A stretch of DNA of 64,000 nucleotides from Octopus sinensis. Its lineage: Eukaryota. The notes below the pieces were generated by a model. The model searched no databases, had not been told where the DNA came from, and saw only the letters and a list, made by a program, of their open reading frames with translations. Location of the stretch: NCBI RefSeq assembly GCF_006345805.1, contig NC_043007.1:55676001-55740000 (forward strand). The letters run 5' to 3'. The position numbers and the translations under genes were made by a program. Position 1 is the stretch's first letter; each line of letters begins with the position of its first letter. This document shows, piece after piece, positions 1 through 12,290 of the stretch.

Positions 1-102
1 GTACATACATAAATACATACATACATACATACATACATACATACATACATACATACATACATACATACATACATACATACATACATAAATACATACATAC
101 AT
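1..102. repeat. (TACA)n microsatellite
   Basis: Direct reading; a second (TACA)n block lies at about 423-530. Confidence 0.95.
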
Positions 103-330
103 CGACAACTGCTTCGAAACCTTCAGCTTCTATATCCAGACTATGAATTCATATTCATACCAATAATGACTGAGGCACTAGGTTTTGTTAGTAAATGCTT
201 AAAGAAGAATCTGGATAAACTGGGATTTTCAGAAAGAGAAATTGACCGGCAAATTCGTACAAGTCCAATCTGTGAGTGGAACAGTAAAAATATGCAAATC
301 TTTTCTTATGTTCCAAATGTGAATTTGTTT
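103..330 (+). mobile_element. 3' end of an RLE-type (R4/Dong-like) non-LTR retrotransposon ORF
   Basis: Translates RQLLRNLQLLYPDYEFIFIPIMTEALGFVSKCLKKNLDKLGF, then after a frameshift QVQSVSGTVKICKSFLMF*. This matches the typical C-terminus after the restriction-like endonuclease (IPIIxGALG ... GTVKICKxFL). The same motifs occur in the remnants at 19.8-20.4 kb and about 41.5 kb. Confidence 0.75.
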
Positions 331-495
331 CTGTTAACTACATCCCAGAGATGGAGCTTTGTATCTTTGTTGGAAACCTGCTCCCCAATCAGTGGAAGAT
401 TTATACTAATAAAAAATAGAAGATACATACATACATACATACATACATGCATACATACATACATACATACATACATACATACATACATACATACA

Positions 496-526
<31 letters not shown>

Positions 527-599
527 TTACATACATATACAAGTGTTTTCCTGAATTATAAATATTTTGTTCTGTAGATCTTTAGATAGTCAATATGCA

Positions 600-1830
600 A
601 AGGTTATAAGATACATGTTATGCCTTAATGTTTCTCCGCGTTATATAAAAGACTGAAAGTTTTGCAAAATAAATAAACGTGCATGTAGGCCATCTCCTTC
701 GAATATTTCTTTTGAAAAATTTATTGCATTAAGGATATCATTTTATAAGGATGAACATTATTGATGTAAGCCTTTTGAATGATATAAAGTAGCGAAGAAG
801 CCATGAGTGTAGAATAGAGTCAAACACCTTTCTTTTTATCAAACTATTTTATCACAAGATTTTATTTACGCAACACAGGTTTATGAAATTTCTTTGGCGT
901 CACATTCTCTTATTTCCATTAGTTTGTTCATCAGTCACTTTTTAGACTCGTAATCATTTTGAAAGAATTCCTTAAGCCAGTCTATGAAAAGTCTGTTACA
1001 TTTTCATACATAATGTTTAAATATAGTTTTCTAACCCTTTTCTCTTGTCATTTTATCTGTGCTATGCCTAGCTAATGAAGTAACTCGGACTTCCATAGCT
1101 TTTTCAAAATATATATGAGACCATTTAAAACGTTGACACTTTGTATCGTTTTCCACTATTTTCTGGTCATCCTATTATGCAGCTTTCCCACAGTTTCCGT
1201 GAAAGTGATAGACCTGGTGGGGTATGTTGATGTTGATACAGTATTTCTTCCTGGTTGTTTTCTTCCATTGTACATTATAGTTGATTTTCTCCACATTATA
1301 ATATTCAAATTGGTAGTATAATTCAAGAGCTTCAAGAGAAAAATCTATTTTTACATTAGATATATTGTTTTATTTCTCATCCAATGAAGAAGTTTTTAAG
1401 AAGCACTATTGCAATTAATGCAAATTCCTTACTGTAGGTTTTAGGAGAACAATTTTCTTTCACTCAGAGAACTATAAAGGCTTTGAAGATAAAAATTTTC
1501 TCTGGGAAGTTTGGTGTGCAACACCCCCGTACATCTTAATATCATTTAATACGATGCAGTTGGTGCTCTTTGAACTGTTTATTCAGCTTATTATGGTGTA
1601 TCTAAATGGCCGATTCTGCAGTACAGGCTGTTGATGTTTTTCATCGTTTTATTATCCATCAAAACTACTAACGTTATTTCATTAAAATGTGCTTTGGGCG
1701 GGTATCTCCTAGTGCTCCTTCAGAATGATAGCAGTTGTATTCGAGACATTTATTGATCGCCCAATAGATCTTATCACGTGTAGTCTTCATCGATATCATC
1801 GATCATTTTAAATTAATATGAGAATGGATG
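600..1830 (-). pseudogene. Highly decayed coding-like remnant, possibly an RT palm (unclassified)
   Basis: Minus-strand peptide pieces RFKWSHIYFEKAMEVRV, MYENVTDF, TLFYTHGFFATLYHSKGLHQ-NVHPYKMISLM and IRRRWPTCTFIYFAK fall in the order expected for RT motifs A, QG..SP and YxDD. The catalytic residues are not intact, and there are many stops and frameshifts. Confidence 0.3.
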
Positions 1831-1989
1831 TTTCTTTTCCATAGTCTTGTCAAATATGTCTTGTTGTCTAATGTTAGCTTAACGTTACCGTTATTTTACA
1901 TGACAACTTCCGGTTGATTTTGAAAGAAATAGCACAAAGCTAGGGAAGTATGACATCAGCTAGTCAGCAAACGTGAAGCACTGTCGGAG

Positions 1990-3450
1990 ACTGACTGCTG
2001 CCGTTACGGCTGCGGCTGGGGGCACGACGGTCATCTCAGACGTACTGGATGGCAGCGAGGAGCATTGGAATGGGTGAGGTGGGGTTCCCTACTGCTAAGG
2101 AGATCCTATTGCCCTTTCAGTGTAAAACATCTGATTGGTTCTTGGAGCTCGGAGAGGTGGTCCAAAAGCTGCTCGATGAAAATCAACGCTTGCACCAGCG
2201 ACATCTGCAGAAGAAACCCGAGCGCAGAGTAAAAAGAGATTGCTGAAGAGTGACTGGTGACGCAGGTAGGCTGAAACTTTGCAGAACATGGCTAACTAGC
2301 ACGACACGGCTATCACAGGTTAAGAACCATCCAACCAGGCGTTTGCAAATAACCAGAGCGGCACCAGATCAAAGATGACCTTTGCCATGGGATTCCCATT
2401 ACACGATCTGTAGAAAACTGGAAGGCCATGGCAAGATGCAAATTATCAGGCCTTTTTGTGCACGTATTCCCTCAGATGTGCACAAAAAGATGTGCAAAAT
2501 CTCTGCAATGAATCGTTGATTCTGTACAACACTTGTCTGCCTAATGAATGTGTGCCCTAGGTTTTCAAGGACACCTTGATAGTCACCACTTACAAAACTA
2601 AGGTTGATGGGCGGAATGTGAGAACCAAGAAGGTGCTAACGAAAACCATTCTCAACCAGCAGAAAAAACATCTCTGAGCAGGTCTTACAAGAGAGTCTCT
2701 GTGACTTCATGCAGGGAGATCTATCACAGACATGATCTTCACACTGCGATAACTGCAGGAGAAAGCAGCAGAGCAACATTAATCTCCCTTCTTGGTGTTT
2801 GTGAAGCTGCCATGATGTTTTCCACAATAACGAAAATAAAGGTGTACAATGCTGCAGTGCTCCCTTGCCTCCTCAACGCCACGGAACACATGTCCCTCTA
2901 CCATAGGCACATCAGGCCCTGATATGAGTCCAGCTTCGTTATCTGTGCTCCATCTTGCATATCAGAGGGAGCACATTCATTGCATATCAGATGGTGGGAT
3001 CAAGTGCGCTGGCGCAGTTAGTGTGGAGGTTCTCATTACCTCATCGCAGCTGCGCTGGGCGGGACATGCGTGTAGGATAAAAGGCGGCAGGCTCCCAAAG
3101 GTGGTTTCTGTGCTGAACTGCGTCAGGGAAGGAGAAGCCGAGGTGGCCAGAGGTTATGATACAGGGATGTACTGAAGAGAACGGCGGTATCACCCCAGAC
3201 ACCCAGGAGGAGACGGCCGTGCGGTGCAATAAATGGCACCGATCTCGAAAATTTATAACTCTCGCATTTGAGATGAAACGACAAAGAGAATACAAAGGTG
3301 CACAGGAGAAGTATCACTTTTCCAATGCGTCAAGTAACTTCACTGCTGCAGATCAAAAGCTGGCTCTGTTGCTCAGATGCGAACCTACCAGAGATGAGTT
3401 CGGAACAGAACGATCAACATCGACATACAACGGACAACCGAGACGACGAA
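1990..3450 (+). mobile_element. RTE-BovB-type LINE remnant, internally deleted
   Basis: Peptides KTSDWFLELGEVVQKLLDENQRLHQRHLQ, remnants of ESQCGFR/GRSITDMIFT/LQEK, KVYNAAVLPCLL, LYHRHIR, SSQLRWAGHACRIKGGRLPK and YRDVLKR. There is a jump from the mid-RT region to the post-RT region near 2800. Confidence 0.85.
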
Positions 3451-4202
3451 GACGGCAACGTCACTAGGCAATACATTCTAGAAACACAAATAACAGCGAA
3501 TTATTTTTGTCCTCGAAATATATCATCTATCGTTTTTTTATTTGCTATGTCTGGAGGAAGGGGCAGTACCCATGGTCTTTGTAGGCCCTCCTTGACTAGA
3601 AACATCGATCATGCCATTGAAGTTCCACTTAAATTCTTGCACATCAGCACCTGCAGAAAAAACATGAACAGGAAGAAGATTCTAGAGGGCTGATGATCTT
3701 AGGAGAAAGGACAGTGCGTCACCTCGATCGTTGGACGGCAAACAATATTTTGCTGTGTGTGCAGAAATGTGCACGTGTCTTTTCCAGTCTTTTTTTTGTC
3801 TTCGTTTTTACGAATACTAGCAATATAACCCGGCCTTGCCCGGGATTAAGTTACGATTATTAAGCTAATCAAGTTCTTTATTTCAAACCAAACTAAGTAA
3901 TATAGACGTCAAATTTGGGCGAAATCCGTTGAAATTAGTTATATTACATATATATATATTATATATATTATATGTATTATATATATATATATAATATAAT
4001 ATATAAATGGATGAATGAATTATCCTTTGTTTACCGTTCACTTGAAAAATTCAGTAAACAGTTACCAGGGTAGCAAAATTCACGCAAGTAACACGGATGA
4101 AGCGACCTATTCAAAGGTAGAAACTCCGGGTTAATGTGCAGTAATTTGTGTATTATAAGTAAATAAATGTAGTTGAACGAAGATGTTATTAAAATTCTTT
4201 TA

Positions 4203-4284
4203 CGTTCGACATATGTTTCGAAGTCAACATGGTATTATTCCAAAGGAATAAACGGTGTAAAATGCAATCTTCTCATCAGGAAAG
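4203..4284 (-). ncRNA. Type I hammerhead ribozyme, inverted partner copy
   Basis: The minus strand reads ctttc-CTGATGA-gaag...cttc-GAAAC-atat-GTC-gaacg. The G10.1-C11.1 pair is canonical; stem I has one mismatch. Confidence 0.78.
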
Positions 4285-4370
4285 AAAGAGAGCCTATCTC
4301 AACAACAAGACATTATAACAATTAACATTATAATTGTTATAATGTCTTGTTGTTGAGATAGGCTCTCTTT

Positions 4371-4452
4371 CTTTCCTGATGAGAAGATTGCATTTTACAC
4401 CGTTTATTCCTTTGGAATAATACCATGTTGTCTTTGAAACATATGTCGAAAG
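4371..4452 (+). ncRNA. Type I hammerhead ribozyme (Penelope-type, palindromic stem III)
   Basis: Stem I ctttc(4371-75)/gaaag(4448-52); core CTGATGA 4376-82; stem II gaagattgcat/atgttgtcttt (first pair G-U) with an internal ttattcc-ttt-ggaataa hairpin; GAAA 4436-39; stem III AC-atat-GT; cleavage triplet GTC 4445-47. Confidence 0.8.
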
Positions 4453-5194
4453 TAAAAGAACTTTAATAACATCTTCGTTCACCTCCATTTATTTACTTAT
4501 AATATAATATAAATATATCTGGGCAACAGACACGAACACACATACACACACGTACGTACGTACGTACACCTATTGCATGTTTTGTGCACGCATACATGTT
4601 CATAAACAGAAATGAATGGGAAAAAATGTTGTTAAATTTGTAGATTAACACTCGCACGATTTTCACTAAGAAAAAAAATCGTTTTTTTTTTGCATGGAAT
4701 CAATTACTCTGGCCTCGAAACCCTTTTTGTTGTCCGTGAAACAGAGTGGGTGTGGTGGAAGCCTCACAAATTGTACCCATTTATATTGTGTAATTCACTG
4801 ACAAATTATTACTCACCTCTTTGTTTTTTTGTTGTTAAATAAATGAATTGTCAACAAAACACTTTTTTACTCGGCGTAAAATAAAAACAAAACTCTTTCG
4901 CACCCAAAATAAGGGGTGTGAGAGAGAGCGAGGAGACAAAGATGGACGATTTAAAATAAATAAATGATTTAAAATAAATATATTGTAATTCGTTTTTGGA
5001 TTTGGTTTGCAAGATTCTTTATATGAGTTCGTGTGTTGAAGCATATTCTGTTGTGTCTGGGGAGAGTCAATTTCTTTTTGTGCCTTATTATTTAACACAC
5101 TCACCGGTAAAATTTCCAGTTATTTCTTATTTTTATTTTCCTAAAATTTTCGTTGCGTCGTGCAACCTTTTCAATAGTTTTGACTGTCCGTTAT

Positions 5195-5750
5195 ATACAC
5201 TGCGTTCCTTTTTGTTTGTTTGTGTGCATGTGTGTGGGTCAGTGTGTGTGTGTGTGCCTATACATGCACGCATGTACGTATGTATGTGTGTGTGTTTGCA
5301 TGTGTTTGTATGTATATAAGTGTGTGTGTGTGCATATGTATGTATGTGTGTGCATCTGTATGTACGTATACTACATATTTATGTGCTTGCCTGTCCGTGT
5401 TTGTGTATTTTCTATGTATGTGTGTGTGTGCATGTGTTTGTATATATATGCACCTCTGTCTCATTGTGTGTGCATATCTGTGTGTATGTGTTATGTAACT
5501 ATGTACCATGTTTCTTATGTATGGATGTGCATCTTTATATGTGTGGATCCGTGTCTCCATATGTGTCTGTTCATATAGTCTATAGACCTATCCGTCTGTA
5601 TATTGATATGTTTATTTACATATCTAACATACAAACACATGTAAACACACACACACACACATACATACGTACATGTATGCATGTATAGACACACACACAC
5701 ACACTGACCCACATACATGCGCACAAACAAACAAAATGGAACGCAGTATA
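5195..5750. repeat. Microsatellite-rich inverted repeat (about 105-bp arms, about 340-bp spacer) inside the Helitron
   Basis: actgcgttcctttttgtttgtttgtgtgcatgtgtgtgggtcagtgtg... (about 5199) matches the reverse complement of ...cacactgacccacatacatgcgcacaaacaaacaaaatggaacgcagt (about 5700-5748). Confidence 0.8.
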
Positions 5751-5841
5751 TTGTAATTGTTGTGTGAGAAAGTATATATACTATGATTATAAAATATAGT
5801 GTCTTTCAAAAAAAAAAAACATTTTACATTATATTTATGAA

Positions 5842-6115
5842 CGCCATCAATTACTCTCTTTCTCTCTCCTTCTCTCACTTTGTCTTTCCTGTGAAACTCT
5901 CTGCCTCTTTCTTCCACTTTTCTTTATCTTATTCTTTTTTGTTAGATGCCGTCCATAAGCAATGGCTAAAAATAGATTTTCATGAACGTCGTCATTTACT
6001 CTCTGTCTCTCCTTCTCTCACTTTGTCTTTCCCGTGAAACTCTCTGCCTTCTTCTTCCACTTTTCTTTATATTTTTTTTTTTGCTTGACGCTGTCAAAAA
6101 GTAATGGCCGATATT
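5842..6115 (+). repeat. Imperfect tandem duplication (about 155-bp unit)
   Basis: ctccttctctcactttgtctttcc(t/c)gtgaaactctctgcct...cttccacttttctttat occurs twice, about 155 bp apart. Confidence 0.85.
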
Positions 6116-6655
6116 TTTTGTGGCTAAAAGCTATGTCTGAAAATAGATATTTACGCTATCCACGGGTACCTCGGGGGCAAAAATGTTGACAAAACTCAGA
6201 TAGGATGTCCTCCTAAAATTTGAGCGACATGCGTGCTAATTTGTGGACGTGCATAAATTACAATCACGTACACACACACACGCACACACATCCTCCCTTT
6301 TATAGATATGATGTGCATAACAATGCAAATAATTTACCTTGAAAAAAAAATATTGATTTCATCGTGGAAACCTTGTGTGCGTACATTCCTTGAGTTCAAG
6401 TCGTAGAATTTGTACGCGCACACAAGCGCACAACTGAGAAGGTGTAATAGTGATAAAAGTAAAGTGGGTCGATAGGATTTGAGTAGAGAAAGTACGAGAT
6501 CAGACTAATGAACTGAGATCAGAGGAGATGAAGCCATTATAGTGCTGATAGAAAATACACAGAAGTGACGGCACACCTTTAGGTTAGATGAAAGTCTGTG
6601 CCTATTTAGTTATTTAAGGCCAATTAATTTCGTGGATTCACTATGCATACAGGCC

Positions 6656-6781
6656 CAGGATGTCTTAGTGCGTTTCACCAGCACTGTCTCTCATGTAGGA
6701 GTAGAATTCGAATGTGAGCCTCACTTTCTGTTCTACTCCTGTATCTGAGACGATGTTGGTGATACGCACTAAGATATCCTG
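6656..6781. repeat. 126-nt imperfect hairpin
   Basis: caggatgtcttagtgcgtttcaccagcactgtctctcatgtaggagtagaa pairs with ttctactcctgtatctgagacgatgttggtgatacgcactaagatatcctg. The apex also pairs (gtga-gcc-tcac). Confidence 0.9.
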
Positions 6782-6929
6782 AGTTTGTAGAGTGTTAGCA
6801 GTTGTTGGGAGATAAAATAGTTTCTGGCCCTGAAGAGAAGGGTTTGCCTTTGAGATTGCCTAGCTATACATAGCATGTGGTTCCACCAAGAAAAATCCTC
6901 GATTGAGGCTAAAGACAAGCGTTTACAAC

Positions 6930-8330
6930 GATCATCAGGGCCCTACCCGAGTGATGCTCGTGTTTTGGGATTATGGTGCAGTGGTATTTCCTTGATGTGA
7001 GAAGTATTGAGCTCTTTTGATTTTAAAGGAGACAAAATTGACATGGCCCTACTAAAAATACTCTCCAGTTATCCGTTTATAGAATGGAGGCCGGGTTGGC
7101 ATGTTGTTGATGCATGGGTGAGGAATGTTCGAGAGTGATGAAGGGTGCGATCTACATAAAAGTGAGCGTTGATGGATGTAACCCCAGGTAGGCCATTAAG
7201 TATAGAAAGAATAGAGTGGAGGGGAGGTAAAAACCTAACCCAGGGGAACACCAGAATTGACTGAGAGTAGGAAAGAAATATCTCCACTGACAAATGCCAA
7301 AATGTTGTGATCAAACAGGAAGCTACCGATTCCTGACATGAAAATGAATGGGCTCCGTAGGTAGAAAGTTTTGACTGGAGATTTGCATGCCAGACACAGT
7401 TGAAGCGTTTGTTGATGTCAGGACAACAACATTACACTGAAATTCAATAGAGCGAGAGTCCTCAAGCGAGTGGCATAAGAGTGGGTCTGTTTTTGTGGAA
7501 GCAGTATTATAGGTCATTGAAGAGAGCGAGGAAGAGAGAGAGAGGGGGGGGGGTAAGAAAACGTCGTTGTCATCCTCGTTATTTTAAAGATGAAGAGTTG
7601 AGAGAAATAGGATGATTGTTGGCTGTGTTGGAAGGTTTTTCTTTCTTTTAAATAGGACATACAGAGGAGTGCTTCAAATGGCAGGGAATACTTCCGTAAA
7701 GAGTGAGAGACTTAAGATTTTGGTGAATATAGGAGTTCTATGCTTGAGTATAACGGAAAGAACATTTTAAGGAGCGATGGCTTTATTTTGGCGAATGTAT
7801 ATGCAAGGTGGAGAGCCTGGTAGAGTTGGAGAAGATATATTTGGAAGGGATTAACCAGGGTTGTGTAGTGTGCAGTTGGATCAAAGCTGGTGGGGGCTTT
7901 GCCCATGGGGGTCCTGCTTATATAGCCAACATTATCTATAAGAAGAGAAAAAGAGTTGGTAGAGATTCTTTTGATAACAGACCAAGAGAACCGAACTTAG
8001 TTTGGGAAGTGTGAGAGACTAAAGTCATATAAAGCACAAAGGCATCCTTTGCACTCCAGATAGCGGTCTTGCTAGAGCTGTGAAAGCAAACCAGGTTTGG
8101 GAAGTGGATGAACTTCTTTAGGTGATGTAGACCATGTGTTTTGTTTTCTCTAAAGGGCTGCAGCATAGTTAGATGTGAATCACTTGGAAAAACTTGAGTC
8201 ACTGAATTTTTGTTGATGTATAAGATGTGGAGGAACATGGGCAAAAGGATGCATTCAGTCACCCGCCTGTCTGTTTCTGATGGAGCAGAAGTAAAACAGG
8301 TATGCTGCTAAGGACACTTCATATCAAAAG
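6930..8330 (-). mobile_element. Decayed CR1/Jockey-type (APE) LINE, RT region
   Basis: Minus-strand remnants YCFHKNRPT (QYGFRKNRST) and PDINKRFNCVWH (LDISKAFDRVWH), plus upstream SSSKTAIWSAKDAFV and KFGSL..LSK. Many stops. Confidence 0.7.
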
Positions 8331-10169
8331 ACCGTATTTATTAATTGATACAGAATAATTTTATTTAATTAAATGAATATTTTCAGTTACATGTATGGAT
8401 GAACATGTTTATGCGTGCATATGCTTTCAAGGCTATTTATATGTATATATTTGCATTCAGTGTGTGTATGTCGGTGTGTACGTTTGTGAGAGAATACGCA
8501 ACAAAGTTGCTTAGCTTATGATATTCGTTTGTACAAAATGAACGGGAGATACCAATAATGATTGCATTATATGTATGTCTATGTGTGATAATATACTGTG
8601 TAGCCGATAGAGTTCACTTTTCCGTATACATCTCTATGTGAGTGTGTGTGAGTGCGAGTGTGTATGTGTGTATATGTGTGTGTGAATATTGGTATTGACT
8701 AGCTACTAGCTGATCATTGACCTTCAACCGATCAAAGCAAGGCTCTCCTTGCCTTTGTACTGCCTTTCTCCTCGTCCTTGTTCTCCTTCTACCTCGAATC
8801 TCACACTTTTCCTTTCTATCTCTCCTCCTACCATTTCTCTTACAAACATTCGCAATAATTTATTCTTCATTATGTCCACTCATGCTTTTGCCACGCTCTC
8901 AAAGACAAAAAGTAAAACAAGAAAAATACTTCCCTGAAGAAGCACTCTGCTGGAACAGTCGAAAATTTTTCTCCCACTGGAATACAAACTGTACGAATAA
9001 AAGTGTTTACCGACGTAAATTCCATTTTTGTCTTTTCATCGGAACTATAGAAACTTCTTTGAAAAGAGGTTACTACAGTTCTATCATTACTTTTATATCA
9101 CTACCATTGCATTTATTTTCATGCCCGCTACTTCCTTACTACATTCCTATCGACTCACCCTACGTCACAACTATCTTTAACGGTCAACCTACCGCGTCTA
9201 TACTCTCCGAATCAGCATTTCTGCCAGTGACAGGATTAAACCTAAAGATGAGCGAATACGCGCGAAAATTACCCTGGATAGAGCACCGACGTTCAGAATT
9301 AGATCCAAGTACATAATTCTATCGATCCTGGAAGAAAGGAAGAATGGTAAAGTCAGCAGGGCATGCACACAAATACGCAGCTAAAGGCTTCAATGTATTT
9401 TGTAAGAAATTGTCCATAATTTCTGTTTGTGTAACATTCCTCAAGTAAAACTACTCTACATCATCAGAAGCTCAATGAAGACGATGGAAAATGCGAATGA
9501 ATTTGTTGTATTTGAAGTGTAGAATATTGCAATTAAATAAATGCAGGTATGGACAACTCGCGACACTTGACTCGTATATTACGACACACATTATATGAAC
9601 GTAATTATTTTAACCCTAATAATTAAAGCAATTATTTTCCCTTTCCTTCTTCATTTGCATTTTCTCACGATGATTGTTTTAGAATGAGTTAGAGTAATCT
9701 ATGTTGTCTTCTCTATTATATGCAATATTAAAATATTGGTTTTGTTGTGATTCGATTTATGCTGAGCAATACGTATAAGGCCCACTGATAGAGAAACATT
9801 TCCCGTGTCTGATGTAACACTGTGTAAAATGCAGTACAAGATAATTAAAAAATTAGGTTATTGTCAATTAAACGTGTTTTAAGAAAAGTTTACAGTTGAA
9901 CATCTGTCGGCTTATCAGTCGAATTAAAAAAATTACAGACATATATACATAGGTATATGCACATACGCACGCTCAAGCAAACACACACACACTAACACAC
10001 GCTCTCTCTCTTTCTCTTCTATTCTATTGACTGGGATACCTGTATTGCAAAATCCTCAATTTTTAACTCTTTCCATAGTTTAAAGCGAACGTATAATCAT
10101 TTTTCCCTGCTACTATCTTTCTATATATATTTTTATTTAACTCTTTCTGTATGCACGTGCATGAATAGC

Positions 10170-10203
10170 TGTTTGTGGATGTATCTGTGTGTGTGTGCGT
10201 GTG

Positions 10204-10293
<90 letters not shown>

Positions 10294-10334
10294 GTGTGTG
10301 TGCATTTATGGATGTAGGTATGAATGAATGATTG

Positions 10335-10368
<34 letters not shown>

Positions 10369-11873
10369 TGTATGTGGGAATGTATGTATGTATATATGTA
10401 GGTATTACACATCACTCTGCCATACAGCCTTACACGCAGTCATCTATCACCAAGCGAGGCACACAGTAAGTTCCCAGATTTCAGTAAGGCGATACCCACA
10501 CTGAGTTCAATACACTCCATCAGACACTACCGTTCGATTTCAATATTCGTTTCTCGCAGCAAATCACTTCTCACAACTCTGAAAACTCTATGAAGCTAAG
10601 TAATGCTATGTCGCTGTTACTGCATGCTGCTACCGTTGAACTGCATTACTGCACACATTGCATCTGTCACTACTATTAAAATATTTGTTGCTCGGGTCCG
10701 ATCGGATAGGCTTCGTACAATTCGGCTCCACTCGGCACTACTCGACTCCGTTCGACTACGACGTACACACACACACACACACACACGAGTGGGTGCGTGT
10801 ATGAATTGTACGTATGCGTGTTTGCGAATGTATTTATACATACATACATACATACATACATACATACATACATACATGCATACATACATACATACATACA
10901 TACATACATACATACATACATACATACATGCATACATACATACATACATACATACTGTGTTAGTATATTTGTATGATTATTCATATATTTACATATTACA
11001 GCGTCACACACACACACACACACTCATGCGCGCACATATGCTTAAGCGTATACATTAGTTGCACTTGTGTGAGTGACGATTGTGCATCTAATGTTGTTTG
11101 CGTTGATAGTTGTGATGGTGATAGTGGCAGTAACTGTAATAAGGCGGTTTGTGAAGTTATAATGGTGATGGTGGTGGTGGTAGCTTGTACCATCGAAGGT
11201 TATTAGGGTAGTGATTGTGATAATGATGATAGTGGTGTGATGTTAATGGTGATATTTACGGGGTTGGTGTTGTTGTTGTCGCTGGTGATGGTGATGGTGG
11301 TGGCGGTGTTGAGGTTGCTGATCGGTGATATGGCATATATTTGCAGCAACGGTGTTTATGTTGGTGGTGGTGGTGGTTGTAGCGATGATGGTGGTAAGGT
11401 TGTTTCTGGTTGATATTGATCTGCACGAAGGCAGCAGCAGTAGCAGCAGTAGCAGATTTGCGGGTGATGACGGTAATAACAGCGGTGGCGACTGCAGCGG
11501 TAAGCGCTGGTGATTTCACCGAAGCGGCGGTGGTGGTAGAACACCGCTTCTAGTGGCGTTAGTGATGATAGTGAAGGTGGGGATGGCAACACGCTCAGCC
11601 GTACCGCTTATAGTAGTGGTGGTGATGTTGATGGTGGTGTGGGGGAGCCCCATGCTGCCGCTGTAGTTGTTGCAACGGTTGCTAAAGGAAGTTAAGGGCG
11701 GTGCTGGAGAGGTGAAGGCTTCAGTAGCGATGGTGACGGCGGCGGCGGTAATAACAGCGGTGAAAGGTGCGGCACTGGTGGTGTTGATGCTATTGTACCT
11801 AGGTTGAAATATAGCGTACATGAAAATCTTCCTCCCCCCTCTCCCTCTCTGCACACACACACACACACACACA

Positions 11874-11936
<63 letters not shown>

Positions 11937-12080
11937 TCCTGTTCATTTGTCTGTCTGTCTGTCTGTCTATTCATTTCTTTTATCTATCCATCTATTCCCT
12001 TATCCACCTGTCAGCATATCTATCAAACTGATCGACCGACCTACCTACATATAATTTCCTATATATGTGTGCGCTTGCGC

Positions 12081-12146
<66 letters not shown>

Positions 12147-12290
12147 GGAGAATACGCATACAAATACTTGTGTGTGCGCGCGTATATAAATATATATTTA
12201 TATAATATATGTATGTATATATATATGCATGTATGTATGTATATATATATAGATATACATACATACACACACATGGGTGTATGTATGTAA
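10170..12290. repeat. Compound microsatellite and low-complexity cluster: (TA)n, (TG)n, (TATG)n, (TACA)n, (AG)n and a decayed GGT/GAT trinucleotide tract (about 11070-11800)
   Basis: Direct reading; it explains the many spurious ORFs in this interval. Confidence 0.9.

Larger units (their letters stand above)
4151..4504. repeat. Long fold-back: 174-bp inverted arms (4151-4324 / 4331-4504), 6-nt loop
   Basis: The arms are reverse complements with 6 substitutions by manual alignment. Confidence 0.95.
3817..6311 (-). mobile_element. Non-autonomous Helitron (about 2.5 kb)
   Basis: On the minus strand it starts A|TC (6312|6311) followed by a (GT)-rich stretch. It ends with a GC hairpin (cccgg/ccggg, 3829-3844) 8 nt before CTAG|T (3817-3820). 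This is the classic A|TC...hairpin-CTAG|T signature. It also has internal tandem duplications. Confidence 0.7.

Noticed and set aside
6826-6875. CTGAAGA-gaaggg-tttg-ccttt-GAGAT hammerhead-like motif
   Set aside because: Stem II is plausible, but GAAA is mutated and no convincing stem I or stem III could be drawn.
8717-9316. 199-aa ORF on the plus strand, and a CTGAAGA...GGAACAGTC motif at about 8934-8965
   Set aside because: The start is GTG/TTG-type, the sequence is pyrimidine-rich and low in complexity, and no domain or splice signals were seen. The ribozyme-like motif has only a 3-bp stem II and a poor stem I.
11256-11974. GC-rich ORFs with His/Pro/Thr/Ala runs resembling a transcription-factor low-complexity region
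   Set aside because: Both strands are open because the DNA is a decayed GGT/GAT/GCG trinucleotide tract. No folded domain or splice sites were found.
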